A stretch of DNA of 64,000 nucleotides from Desulfobacterales bacterium. GTDB taxonomy: Bacteria > Desulfobacterota > Desulfobacteria > Desulfobacterales > SG8-13. The translations under genes and the position numbers were made by a program. This document shows positions 25,928-34,566 of the stretch, one piece after another. The stretch is taken from the NCBI GenBank assembly GCA_051155755.1, contig DAXETY010000042.1, forward strand, positions 20,367-84,366, written 5' to 3'. Below the pieces are notes generated by a model. That model was not told the origin of the DNA. It saw only the letters and a list, made by a program, of their open reading frames with translations, and ran no database searches. Position 1 is the first letter of the stretch. Each line of letters starts with the position of its first letter.

Positions 25928-28264
25928 TTAGAAGCCCTTAAACGGGTTGGGTCCGAGCGCCTCGATGGATTCCACGAAATCGTTGATGACCTGTGGAATC
26001 TTGTCGTATTCGTCGATGGCCAGGGTGAACTGGGCCACGCGTTCATTCTCCAGGGCCAGGCTGGCCAGCGCATCGCCGATTTTTTTGATCCGGATGTCGG
26101 CCAGCTCACTGCCCTTGATGAAGTGGCACTGATAATCATCGCCGTGCTTGCAGCCCAGCAGGAAGACCCCGTCCATACCCTGGGACAGCGCATCCTTGAT
26201 CCAGATCACGTTCATGGACCCCAGGCAGCGAATCGGAATGATACGCACGTCGGCTGAATAGGAAAGGCGATTCAAGCCGGCGATGTCCAGCGCCGGATAG
26301 GCATCGTTTTCACAGACCAGGCCCAGAATCCGGAAGGGCGGCTCTTCGTAGTCGTCCTCGGAGGGCACTCCGATGGCCTTGACCATGGAGCCGATACTGT
26401 CGATGTTGTAATCGGCAAAACCGATAATGCGCTCCGGGCAGGCGCCCATACAGGTTCCGCAGCGGCGGCATCGGGCAGGATTCGGCTTCGGGGTGCCCTT
26501 GGCGTCGTCGTCGATGGCTCCGAACGGGCACTCTTCGGTGCAGCGTTTGCACTGGGTGCAGCGTTGAAAGAAGAAGTCCGGAAAGGTCAGGTCCCCGGAA
26601 CGCGGATGCACGGCCACCCCGCGGTTGACAGACTCGATGCACTGGATGGCCTTCAGGGCCGCACCGGCGGCGTCGTCGATGCTGTCTTCCACGGTCAGGG
26701 CCCGGCGCACACCACCGGCGGCGTAGATGCCGGTTCGCTGGGTTTCGTAGGGAAAACAGATGTAGTTGGAATCGACATAGCCGTCGAACAGGTCGATGTC
26801 ACGGAAACCCGGCCCCTGGCGATAGGCCATGTTCACCACCGGATCATCCTTGGTGGCCGGCACCATGCCGGCGGCCAGCACCACCATGTCGGCGTTGACC
26901 CTCAGCGTTTCTCCGAGCAGGGTATTTTCGGCTTCCACGGCCAAACCGTTTCCGTTGCCGGAAACACGCAGCACGCTGCCCTTGGTCATGAAGACGCCCT
27001 CGTCCTGCTGAACCGCCTTGTAGAACAGCTCGCTCAGCCCCGGAGTGCGCATGTGCTGATAGAAAATATAGGCCTTACCGTCTTCGGGATAGTCTTCCCG
27101 CACGTACTTGGCCTGTTTGAGGGCCACCAGGCTGGTCACGCCGCCGGCGTATTCGAAGTCCTGGTCTTCTTCTTTTCCCGGACTCTGGACGAATACCACC
27201 GACTTGGCTTCCCGGCCGTCGGAGGGGCACGTAATTTTGCCATTCTTGGCAATGACTTCGAACTCGGCATTGGTTACCACGTCGGGCAGATCGACCCCAA
27301 GGTGCGCATATCGCTCCCCTTCGAGTTTGGCCGGTCGCCATCCGGCCGCCAGGATCACGGCACCGTATTTTTCGCCGTTGGGATCGAGGGTCAGAATGTC
27401 CCGCCGGCCCTCGTTGTACTCCATAAATTTTTGGTGCAGGGCTTCGGCGTCGAGTTCCTTGCCGTTTTCGTCAACCTTCATCTCTTCGGGCAGCGGATAG
27501 GGCACGTCGAACTCGATTTTCTCACCGGGTTTTTTCAACGTCACCGTAAAATTGCCCGGCTCTCCCGCCAGACGCGCCACCATCGTTTCGGTTTTCACAG
27601 TGATGCGCGGGTGGTCCTGGACGGCCTTGATTTTTTCCTGGATCACCGGCGGGCTCAACTCCAGGTAGGGCGTGCCCAGGGGCAGCTGTTTGCGCCATTG
27701 ACGGGCATGCCCGCCAAGCTCGGCTTCTTTTTCCACCACGGTGACATCATAGCCGGCTTTGGCGGCATCCAGCGCGGCGCTCAGACCGGTGATCCCGCCG
27801 CCGATGACCAGGATGCGACGATTGAAATTCTCCACCTGATAAGGCTCGGGCAATTTGCATTTTTCAACCCGCGCCATGCCCATCTTAAGGTAATCTTCGG
27901 CCAGCATCTGGACCCGGTCGAAATGGACCCCGTCGTCTTTCTGATCTTCGGCCAGGGCCGGAAACTCGGAGCGGGGATGGGACCAGACGACCTGTTCGCG
28001 CAGGTTGACCCGGTCGACGATACAGCCCGGAAACCGGAACACTTCCCACATGACGCGGCGCGAGCAGGCCGCAAGCACCATCGAGTTGATGCCTTTCTCC
28101 TCGATGTCTTTTTGAATCAAGGCCACGCCTTCCTTGCCGCAAAACATCGGATGCGTCTGCACCGGATGACCTTCTTCCTCGGCAACCCCTTGGAGGGCTT
28201 CGATGTCGAGGGCGTCTCCGATGCCGCAGCCTGTGCAGATATACACACCATATTTTTTATCCAT
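25928..28264 (-). CDS. qmoB: Quinone-interacting membrane-bound oxidoreductase subunit B (HdrA-like flavoprotein with Fe-S clusters and an MvhD-like C-terminal domain)
   Basis: 778 aa with an FAD dinucleotide fold (VIGGGITGLSAALDAAKAG), ferredoxin motifs (CTQCKRCTEECP, CRRCGTCMGACP) and a C-terminal MvhD-like region (LGCKHGDDYQCHF). Confidence 0.9.
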   Translation of the reverse strand: MDKKYGVYICTGCGIGDALDIEALQGVAEEEGHPVQTHPMFCGKEGVALIQKDIEEKGINSMVLAACSRRVMWEVFRFPGCIVDRVNLREQVVWSHPRSEFPALAEDQKDDGVHFDRVQMLAEDYLKMGMARVEKCKLPEPYQVENFNRRILVIGGGITGLSAALDAAKAGYDVTVVEKEAELGGHARQWRKQLPLGTPYLELSPPVIQEKIKAVQDHPRITVKTETMVARLAGEPGNFTVTLKKPGEKIEFDVPYPLPEEMKVDENGKELDAEALHQKFMEYNEGRRDILTLDPNGEKYGAVILAAGWRPAKLEGERYAHLGVDLPDVVTNAEFEVIAKNGKITCPSDGREAKSVVFVQSPGKEEDQDFEYAGGVTSLVALKQAKYVREDYPEDGKAYIFYQHMRTPGLSELFYKAVQQDEGVFMTKGSVLRVSGNGNGLAVEAENTLLGETLRVNADMVVLAAGMVPATKDDPVVNMAYRQGPGFRDIDLFDGYVDSNYICFPYETQRTGIYAAGGVRRALTVEDSIDDAAGAALKAIQCIESVNRGVAVHPRSGDLTFPDFFFQRCTQCKRCTEECPFGAIDDDAKGTPKPNPARCRRCGTCMGACPERIIGFADYNIDSIGSMVKAIGVPSEDDYEEPPFRILGLVCENDAYPALDIAGLNRLSYSADVRIIPIRCLGSMNVIWIKDALSQGMDGVFLLGCKHGDDYQCHFIKGSELADIRIKKIGDALASLALENERVAQFTLAIDEYDKIPQVINDFVESIEALGPNPFKGF

Positions 28265-28280
28265 GGATCATCCCTCCTAG

Positions 28281-29558
28281 CTACTTTCTTACCAGGGTTT
28301 GAATCGCCTTCAAGGCCATGCCGGTTGCATTCTGGTTGGATGTGACCACATCCAGGGGCTTGTTGGCACACCCGGCGGCAAACATGCCGCCCTTGGCAAT
28401 ATCGTTGACGATGAATCCGTCCTCGGTGTATTTCAAGTCCGCCGGCAGTTTGACGTTGGCCGTGGTCGGCTGCATGCCGGTGGCCAGCACCGCCATGGCG
28501 ACCGTCTGATGAATCTTTTCCCCGGTCACGGCGTTTTCGGCCACCACGGTGACATTGCCGTCACCGGCATCGTTGACCTCGGCCACCTTGCCTTTGATGA
28601 ACACCACCTTTTCATCTTCTTTGATCTTCTGGTAAAACCGTTCGTAGCGCAGTCCCGGCGTGCGCATATCGATGTAAAAAACGTAAATGACGGCGTCCGG
28701 GTACTGTTCGCGCACATAGGTCGCCTGCTTGAGTGAAGCCATGCAGCAGATGTACGAGCAATACGGCAGGTGGTTTTCGTCCCGGGAGCCGGCGCACTGT
28801 ACGAAGGCCACGCTCTCCGGCGCCTTCTGGTCGGACGGTCGCAGGATCGTTCCCTTGGTGGGACCGTTGGGCGACGCCATGCGCTCCATCATCATATTGG
28901 TGATAATGTTCGGATACTTGCCGAAGGCCAAATTGTCGAGCTTGTTGGCGTCGTAAGGTTCCCAGCCGGTGGCCCAGACCATCGCGCCGACCTGAAACTG
29001 AACCGTTTTTTCCTCCATTTCGAAATCGACGGCGTCGTACTGGCAGGCCGCCTTGACCCGCTCGGCATCCGCCGGGTCGGCTTTCACGGCCGGATCGATG
29101 ACAAAACGCGGTGGGAAGGCCATCTCGAAGGGCAGGTAAGCGCCTTTGATGGTCTTCATGCCGAAGTCGAACCGGCTTTCGATTTCGGTCTGGCAAACCT
29201 CGTTGCAGGCATTGCAGGCGGTGCAGTTTTCATTGACATAGCGCGGAAAGCGCTTCACCGACACCGTGTAATTGCCCGGTCCGCCTTCGACCGCTTCCAC
29301 TTCGCTCAGGGTGAGCACCTTGATGAGCGGATTGTCTTTGATGCGGCGAAAATTGATTTCCAGCCCGCAGGAAGGCGGGCAAAGCTTGGGGAAATACTGG
29401 TTGAGCTGGGCGACGCGCCCGCCCAGATACGGGTTTTTCTCCACGAGAAAGACCTCGTAGCCGACCTCGGCGGCCTCCAGGGCCGCGGTCAACCCGCTGA
29501 TCCCGCCGCCGACCACCATGATGCTTCCGTTAGCCGGAGCTGCAGTGTTCTCTGTCAT
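28281..29558 (-). CDS. qmoA: Quinone-interacting membrane-bound oxidoreductase subunit A (HdrA-like flavoprotein)
   Basis: About 425 aa from the ATG at 29558 (RBS GGAGGA). VVGGGISGLTAALEAAEVG is the FAD fold. The gene lies between aprA and qmoB. Confidence 0.9.
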   Translation of the reverse strand: MTENTAAPANGSIMVVGGGISGLTAALEAAEVGYEVFLVEKNPYLGGRVAQLNQYFPKLCPPSCGLEINFRRIKDNPLIKVLTLSEVEAVEGGPGNYTVSVKRFPRYVNENCTACNACNEVCQTEIESRFDFGMKTIKGAYLPFEMAFPPRFVIDPAVKADPADAERVKAACQYDAVDFEMEEKTVQFQVGAMVWATGWEPYDANKLDNLAFGKYPNIITNMMMERMASPNGPTKGTILRPSDQKAPESVAFVQCAGSRDENHLPYCSYICCMASLKQATYVREQYPDAVIYVFYIDMRTPGLRYERFYQKIKEDEKVVFIKGKVAEVNDAGDGNVTVVAENAVTGEKIHQTVAMAVLATGMQPTTANVKLPADLKYTEDGFIVNDIAKGGMFAAGCANKPLDVVTSNQNATGMALKAIQTLVRK

Positions 29559-29638
29559 GCTGTCCTCCGTGAAATCGTTTGAGTCGCTTCGATCACGATG
29601 ATCGGAGCCGTGCGATCTTCGGGCGATATCCCTGGATT

Positions 29639-29685
29639 CGAAACTCGAAACTCGAAACTCGATACCGCTCCAGTTTCCAGTTCCC
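29639..29685. repeat. Heptamer repeat block: 3 x CGAAACT followed 9 nt later by 2 inverted copies (CAGTTTC, CAGTTCC)
   Basis: Read directly: CGAAACTCGAAACTCGAAACTCGAtaccgctcCAGTTTCCAGTTCCC, in the aprA-qmoA spacer about 80 nt upstream of the qmoA ATG. Confidence 0.7.
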
Positions 29686-29746
29686 AATTCCGAAGCATAC
29701 AGACATCGCCCAAAGAATTCGCCGAAAAAATCAGAGCCTGTTTACG

Positions 29747-29784
29747 AAAAACCTCCAGGTGCCAAAAGACACCTGGAGGCTTTT
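29747..29784 (-). terminator. Intrinsic terminator/attenuator hairpin after aprA
   Basis: The minus strand reads CCTCCAGGTG-tcttttgg-CACCTGGAGG followed by TTTTT, 37 nt after the aprA stop and before qmoA. Confidence 0.75.
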
Positions 29785-29815
29785 ATGCTGCAGTTACATC
29801 ACAGGGGTCTCCCGA

Positions 29816-31795
29816 TTAATTCGGGATGATCTGGATGTAGTCTTTCTTGAAGATATCCCATTTCTGCGCTTTGGGATCGAACTTGGAGTTGACGAAGCAG
29901 AACCAGTTCGCATCGTCCTGGCCCGGGTGGTCGGACTGGTAATAGAATCCGGGATAGCGGGTTTCCTTGCGGAACTGGATGTGGCGCAGGTGGGACTCCA
30001 CCGTCCAGATGCGGTGCAGTATCTCCCAGGCCCGCATCAGTTCGTGCAGGTCGCCGGCCGCCAGCTTTTCGCAGTCTTCGCGCATCGTCTCCAGCATCTC
30101 CATCACGATTTCCAGGTTCTTGCTGGTGGTCTGGTAGAAGGTGGCCGTCCCGGCGCCGTACTCGTGAGTGGCCTTCATCAACCGGTACATCATGCCGTTG
30201 GGCTTGAGGTAGCTCGGGTTGATGTCTGCCGACGTGGTGTATTTCACGCTATCGAGATAGGTTCGCACCGGCTTGTACACCATGTCGACGACATCCTGAG
30301 CGCTCATCGGCAGCTCGGGGGTAAAGTCGGCATGATCGGCCGCGTAGCGCACCATCTGCTTGGCGCAGATGCGGCCTTCGGCGTGGGAGCCGGAGGAGAA
30401 CTTGTGCCCGGAGCAGCCCACCCCGTCGCCGGCGGTGAACAGGCCGTTGACCGTGGTCATGCGGTTGTAGACCTTGCCGTTGTCGGCCTTGATCTTGTAA
30501 GCATCCGGCACCCAGTCAAAATCCGGACCGGAGACCCAGAAACCGCAGCAGCCCGAGTGCGATCCGAGCAGGTAGGGCTCGGTGGGCATAACTTCGGAGT
30601 TCTTCTTTTCCGGCTCGGTGTTGGTGGCGCACCACAGGTTGGCCTGACCGCAGGTCATGTCAAGGAAGTCTTCCCAGGCTTCGGACTCGAGGTGCTTGAG
30701 CTCTTTTTTATCCATAGTCTTGCCGAGCTCGGCCAGCGCGGTGACGGTGTCCATGATGATCGGGCCGCGGCCTTCCTTCATTTCGAAGAGCATCAGGTGG
30801 TTCCGCAGGCAGGTCGGGGTAATGGCGGCCGTGCCGTACGGAGCGTATTTCTCGAGCTCTTTCTTGGCTGCTTCGCTGCCGGCAAAAGATTCACCCAACC
30901 CATTGAGGGTTTTGGCCTTGAACAGCAGGAACCAGGCACCCACCGGGCCGTAGCCATCTTTAAAGCGCGCTGGGGTGAAGCGGTTTTCCATCATCGACAG
31001 CTCGGCGCCGACCCGCATGCCCAGGTAGTAAGTGGAACCCGAGTTCCAGACCGGGTACCAGGCACGGCCCTTGCCTTCGCCCACCGAACGCGGCTGGTAG
31101 ATGTTCACCGCACCGCCGCAGGCGATCAGAGCGGTCTTGCATTTGATGATGTAGACTTTGTTTTCGCGAACCGAAAATCCGCAGGCACCGGCGATCTGGT
31201 TTTCCTTGTTCTTGTCCAGGGCCAGCTCGACGATGAACACCCGCTCCAGGATGTCGTCTTCACCGATGGCTTTCTTGGCGGCTTCGGCAACAATGCGCTT
31301 GTAGGATTCACCGTTGATCATGATCTGCCACTTGCCGGTGCGCACCGGCTGGGCGCCGGACTTCAGGGTCCCCATTTTCTGACCCTTCTTGCCGTCCAGG
31401 TTCTTGCCCTCTTCGTTCTTTTTCCAGATCGGCAGGCCCCACTCCTCGAACAGGTGTACGGAGTCGTCCACGTGGCAGCCCAGGTCGAAAATCAGGTCTT
31501 CACGGACGATGCCCATCAGGTCGTTGCGGACCATGCGAACGTAATCATCCGGGCTGTTTTCGCCGATATAGGTGTTGATGGCCGAAAGCCCCTGAGCCAC
31601 AGCACCGCTGCGCTCCAAAGCGGCCTTGTCCACCAGCAGGACCGACTGGCCCTCTTTCATCCATTTTTTGACTTCGAAGGCGGTGCCGCAGGCGGCCATA
31701 CCACCGCCGACGATCAGGATGTCCACTTCCTTTTCCACAACTTCCGGGTCCCGAACGGCTTTCAGTTCACCCTTGGGTTTATTGGGTAATGCCAT
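29816..31795 (-). CDS. aprA: Adenylylsulfate (APS) reductase alpha subunit
   Basis: 659 aa with an FAD fold (ILIVGGGMAACGTAFE). Overall it resembles dissimilatory AprA. It lies immediately downstream of aprB. Confidence 0.95.
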   Translation of the reverse strand: MALPNKPKGELKAVRDPEVVEKEVDILIVGGGMAACGTAFEVKKWMKEGQSVLLVDKAALERSGAVAQGLSAINTYIGENSPDDYVRMVRNDLMGIVREDLIFDLGCHVDDSVHLFEEWGLPIWKKNEEGKNLDGKKGQKMGTLKSGAQPVRTGKWQIMINGESYKRIVAEAAKKAIGEDDILERVFIVELALDKNKENQIAGACGFSVRENKVYIIKCKTALIACGGAVNIYQPRSVGEGKGRAWYPVWNSGSTYYLGMRVGAELSMMENRFTPARFKDGYGPVGAWFLLFKAKTLNGLGESFAGSEAAKKELEKYAPYGTAAITPTCLRNHLMLFEMKEGRGPIIMDTVTALAELGKTMDKKELKHLESEAWEDFLDMTCGQANLWCATNTEPEKKNSEVMPTEPYLLGSHSGCCGFWVSGPDFDWVPDAYKIKADNGKVYNRMTTVNGLFTAGDGVGCSGHKFSSGSHAEGRICAKQMVRYAADHADFTPELPMSAQDVVDMVYKPVRTYLDSVKYTTSADINPSYLKPNGMMYRLMKATHEYGAGTATFYQTTSKNLEIVMEMLETMREDCEKLAAGDLHELMRAWEILHRIWTVESHLRHIQFRKETRYPGFYYQSDHPGQDDANWFCFVNSKFDPKAQKWDIFKKDYIQIIPN

Positions 31796-31860
31796 ATTCC
31801 ATCCTCCTTGATATCATGATTGGTTCAAATCCAATTTCCGTGTGACTGTTCCCGAAACGA

Positions 31861-32298
31861 TCAGACCGTTGCCTGGGGTTTCGGCATCTGATAGCCGTCG
31901 GCTTCCTCGGTGGACAGCAGCGGGCTTTCCAGGTCCTGGCCTTTCAGGCTGCCGTACTCGTTGGCGGCGCCTTCGGGGGTGGTCCGGATGGGGAACTTGA
32001 AGCGTTTGATGAGTCCATTGCGGAACTTGCAGGTCCACATCACGTCCTCGGTACCCAGCATGGGCATGATGCTGCTTCCAAGCGGCACAAAGTCGGCATA
32101 GCCGCGGACTTCGATGGCCTGGGTGGGGCAGATCTTGACGCAGGAGAAACATTCCCAGCACTGGTCCGGTTCCTGGTTGTAGGCTTTCATGGCGTCCGGA
32201 TCGAGCACCATCAGATCGTTGGGGCAAATGTACATACATGCCGTCTTGTCGCCGCCCTTGCAGCCGTCACACTTTTCATCGATAACATACGTTGGCAT
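31861..32298 (-). CDS. aprB: Adenylylsulfate (APS) reductase beta subunit
   Basis: 145 aa. MPTYVIDEKCDGCKGGDKTACMYICPNDLM and CWECFSCVKICP are the two [4Fe-4S] motifs. The C-terminal tail is typical of AprB. Confidence 0.95.
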   Translation of the reverse strand: MPTYVIDEKCDGCKGGDKTACMYICPNDLMVLDPDAMKAYNQEPDQCWECFSCVKICPTQAIEVRGYADFVPLGSSIMPMLGTEDVMWTCKFRNGLIKRFKFPIRTTPEGAANEYGSLKGQDLESPLLSTEEADGYQMPKPQATV

Positions 32299-32565
32299 TT
32301 AAAATACCTCCTGTTTAAAGTTTGGATGGATTGTTCGTAATGAAACATCCGCCAATCATCGCAGAGCACTGCTGAAGTCCGTCACACCTCCCTTCTGTTT
32401 TCGACCCAAAACGTGCAATTCCGTTTTGGCATATCGATTGGGTATCTATAGCGGTCTTCCGACCGTTAATCCCGAGCCTTGGAACCCCCGCAGGCAGGGC
32501 CGCGGGAGCGCCTGATACAAATATATTCATTAAATTCAATAAGATATGCGGTCCGCAAAGTAGAA

Positions 32566-32594
32566 TCAATATCACCTGACATATATGTTGTCAA
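32566..32594 (-). promoter_or_regulatory. Candidate sigma70-type promoter for aprBA (TTGACA-17 nt-TATTGA)
   Basis: The minus strand reads TTGACAacatatatgtcaggtgaTATTGA inside the roughly 500-bp AT-rich aprB upstream region. This would give a 5' UTR of about 260 nt. Other weaker candidates exist. Confidence 0.3.
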
Positions 32595-32806
32595 GGATTT
32601 TTGGAATCGCAATCACCAAAAGAGTTAGGTATTTAGCTGCAAACAACATGTGGATGCCTTGACTAAAAAACACACCACATATTGTATTGACTTCCGTTTT
32701 TGCCTTTTCCTTGCCCCGACAGCTGCAGCCGTGATACGAACGTCCCGATGCCGTACCCGCTACCCTTTTCGATCGGCTGCAAAGGGTTCCTTTTATATAT
32801 TCGGAA

Positions 32807-33559
32807 ATGTTTTCTGACAAGGCTAATTTTCAGATGGAAAATCGATTCGACCCCATCGCGGACAACGAAATATTCGTGTTCGACTGCCACCCGCAGGTGA
32901 CCTGCTTCAACGCCTGCTGCCGGGATTTGAACCAATTTCTCACCCCTTATGACATTTTGCGACTCAAGCAGCACCTGGGCCTTTCTTCCGGGTCATTTTT
33001 AGAAACATACGCCACCGAACACGTGGGTCCGCAAACCGGCCTGCCGGTGGTCACCCTTCGCTGCCAGGCGCCGGGGGCGCGATGCCCGTTTGTCAGCCCC
33101 GGGGGGTGTCAAGTGTATCCGGCGCGTCCGACATCCTGCCGGCTCTACCCCCTGGCCCGCGCCATCGCGCGGAACCCGGTCAGCCACCGCACCGAGGAAC
33201 ACTTCGCCCTGATCCGCGAATCGCACTGTCAGGGGTTTTGCTCCGGTACCGCCCGCAGTCCCCGCCAATGGATGAAATCCCAGCAACTTGAAACTTACAC
33301 CGAATTGAACGATCTTTTCCTGGAGCTCATCGGACTCAAAAACCGCATGCCCGCAGGTCCCCTGCCGCTGCGGGATCAGCACCTTTTCCGAACGGCTCTG
33401 TACGATCTGGACCGCTTCCGGCTTCAGATCAAAAAATCCGCCATCGCCGATGACTACGGGCTTTCGGCCGAGGCGGTGCAAGCACTGCAAACGGACGAAG
33501 AGGCGCTGTTGCGCTTTGCCCACCGATTCGTGAAACGGGAGGTGTTCGGAAAAAATTAG
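32807..33559 (+). CDS. YkgJ/UPF0153-family cysteine-cluster protein (paralog 1)
   Basis: FDCHPQVTCFNACCRDLNQFLTPYDILRLK plus CPFVSPGGCQVYPARPTSCRLYP matches the CxxCxxCC ... CPF...C..Y..RP..C pattern of the family. 250 aa with an extended C-terminal region. Confidence 0.7.
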   Translation: MFSDKANFQMENRFDPIADNEIFVFDCHPQVTCFNACCRDLNQFLTPYDILRLKQHLGLSSGSFLETYATEHVGPQTGLPVVTLRCQAPGARCPFVSPGGCQVYPARPTSCRLYPLARAIARNPVSHRTEEHFALIRESHCQGFCSGTARSPRQWMKSQQLETYTELNDLFLELIGLKNRMPAGPLPLRDQHLFRTALYDLDRFRLQIKKSAIADDYGLSAEAVQALQTDEEALLRFAHRFVKREVFGKN

Positions 33560-33606
33560 TTCAATTGGTTCAATTGGTTCGATCGGTTCGATCGGGTTGC
33601 GGGTTG
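33557..33606 (+). repeat. 9-bp-periodic tandem array (ATTGGTTY family), locus A
   Basis: TAGTTCAAT TGGTTCAAT TGGTTCGAT CGGTTCGAT CGGGTTGCGGGTTG. It starts at the stop codon of the YkgJ paralog 1 gene. Confidence 0.8.
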
Positions 33607-33650
33607 TAGCCGAGGCAAAGCGGGAGTGTCAAGATCGTTGAAAGGACATT

Positions 33651-34466
33651 ATGGAACTCGAAGGGAAAGTGGCCCTGGTGCTCGGGGCGATCAAGGGCAT
33701 CGGAAAGGAGATCGCCCTGGCGCTGGCCGGACGCGGCGTCTGTGTGGGCCTGAACTACTACGATTGGGAAGCGTCCCTGCCGCAGCTTCAGGACGATATG
33801 AACGCCACCGCTGCCGAGCACCTGATCGTCCGCACCAATCTGCTGGAAACCGAACGCATTCCGGAGCTTGTCCGCAAGGTGCTGGACCGCTTCGGCCGCC
33901 TGGACATCCTGATCAACAACATCGAACGCGGCGGCTGGCCCATCGTCCACGGTCCCTATGTCGAATCCCAGTGGGATCTGGAACTCCACACCACGCTGCG
34001 GGCCAAGCGCTGGGTTTTCGAAGCCTGCCTGCCGCACTTGAAAGCCTCCGGTGACGGGGCCGTGCTGAACTTTTCCTCCATTGCCGGACTTACGGGTCGC
34101 TGCGGACCGGCCAGCTACGTGTTCAACGAGGGATATTCCGCCGCCAATCGCGGCATTTCCCTGCTGACCGAAACCTGGGCCCGGTTGGGAGCACCGGAAG
34201 TGCGGGTCAACGAAATCATGCTGGGCCTGGTGGACACCCGCCACGGTGCGGACACCCGCGGCTGGGCTCTGCTGTCCGAAGCGCAGAAAACCGCGCTTTA
34301 CGAACACACCCTTCTTGGCAGGACCGGAACGGTGGCGGAGGTCGTCAAAGCCGTCCTGTTTCTCCTGCAGGATGCCACCTTTATGACCGGCAGCGTGCTG
34401 CGAATGGACGGCGGATATGTGCTGGGCGGCGAGAGGGTGGCCGACATGCCCCCCGGAGTAGAGTGA
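33651..34466 (+). CDS. Short-chain dehydrogenase/reductase (SDR) family oxidoreductase
   Basis: ALVLGAIKGIGKEIALALAGRG (TGxxxGxG-like cofactor motif), NNIE, and a Ser...YxxxK-equivalent region (SSIAG...YSAANRGI). 271 aa. Confidence 0.8.
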   Translation: MELEGKVALVLGAIKGIGKEIALALAGRGVCVGLNYYDWEASLPQLQDDMNATAAEHLIVRTNLLETERIPELVRKVLDRFGRLDILINNIERGGWPIVHGPYVESQWDLELHTTLRAKRWVFEACLPHLKASGDGAVLNFSSIAGLTGRCGPASYVFNEGYSAANRGISLLTETWARLGAPEVRVNEIMLGLVDTRHGADTRGWALLSEAQKTALYEHTLLGRTGTVAEVVKAVLFLLQDATFMTGSVLRMDGGYVLGGERVADMPPGVE

Positions 34467-34497
34467 AATTGAAAATGAATCCGTCGCTGGTGGTGCG

Positions 34498-34537
34498 GAA
34501 ACGGCGAAACGGCGACGCGGTGAAACGGCGAAAAAAA
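34498..34537. repeat. Short repeats of GAAACGGCG (3 copies) ending in an A-run
   Basis: GAAACGGCGAAACGGCGacgcggtGAAACGGCGAAAAAAA, between the converging SDR and YkgJ paralog 2 genes. Confidence 0.6.
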
Positions 34538-34566
34538 CAGAGCGCTGTTGGACCGGTTCTGGAGGT

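Noticed and set aside
33557-33606. Considered whether the short tandem arrays (here and at 50669, 50815 and 60435) could be a CRISPR array or a coding low-complexity repeat.
   Set aside because: The units are 9 bp with no spacers, and each array is at most 50 bp, so this is not CRISPR. The arrays are intergenic between well-defined genes, and the only ORF covering one (60410..61177) is a shadow ORF.
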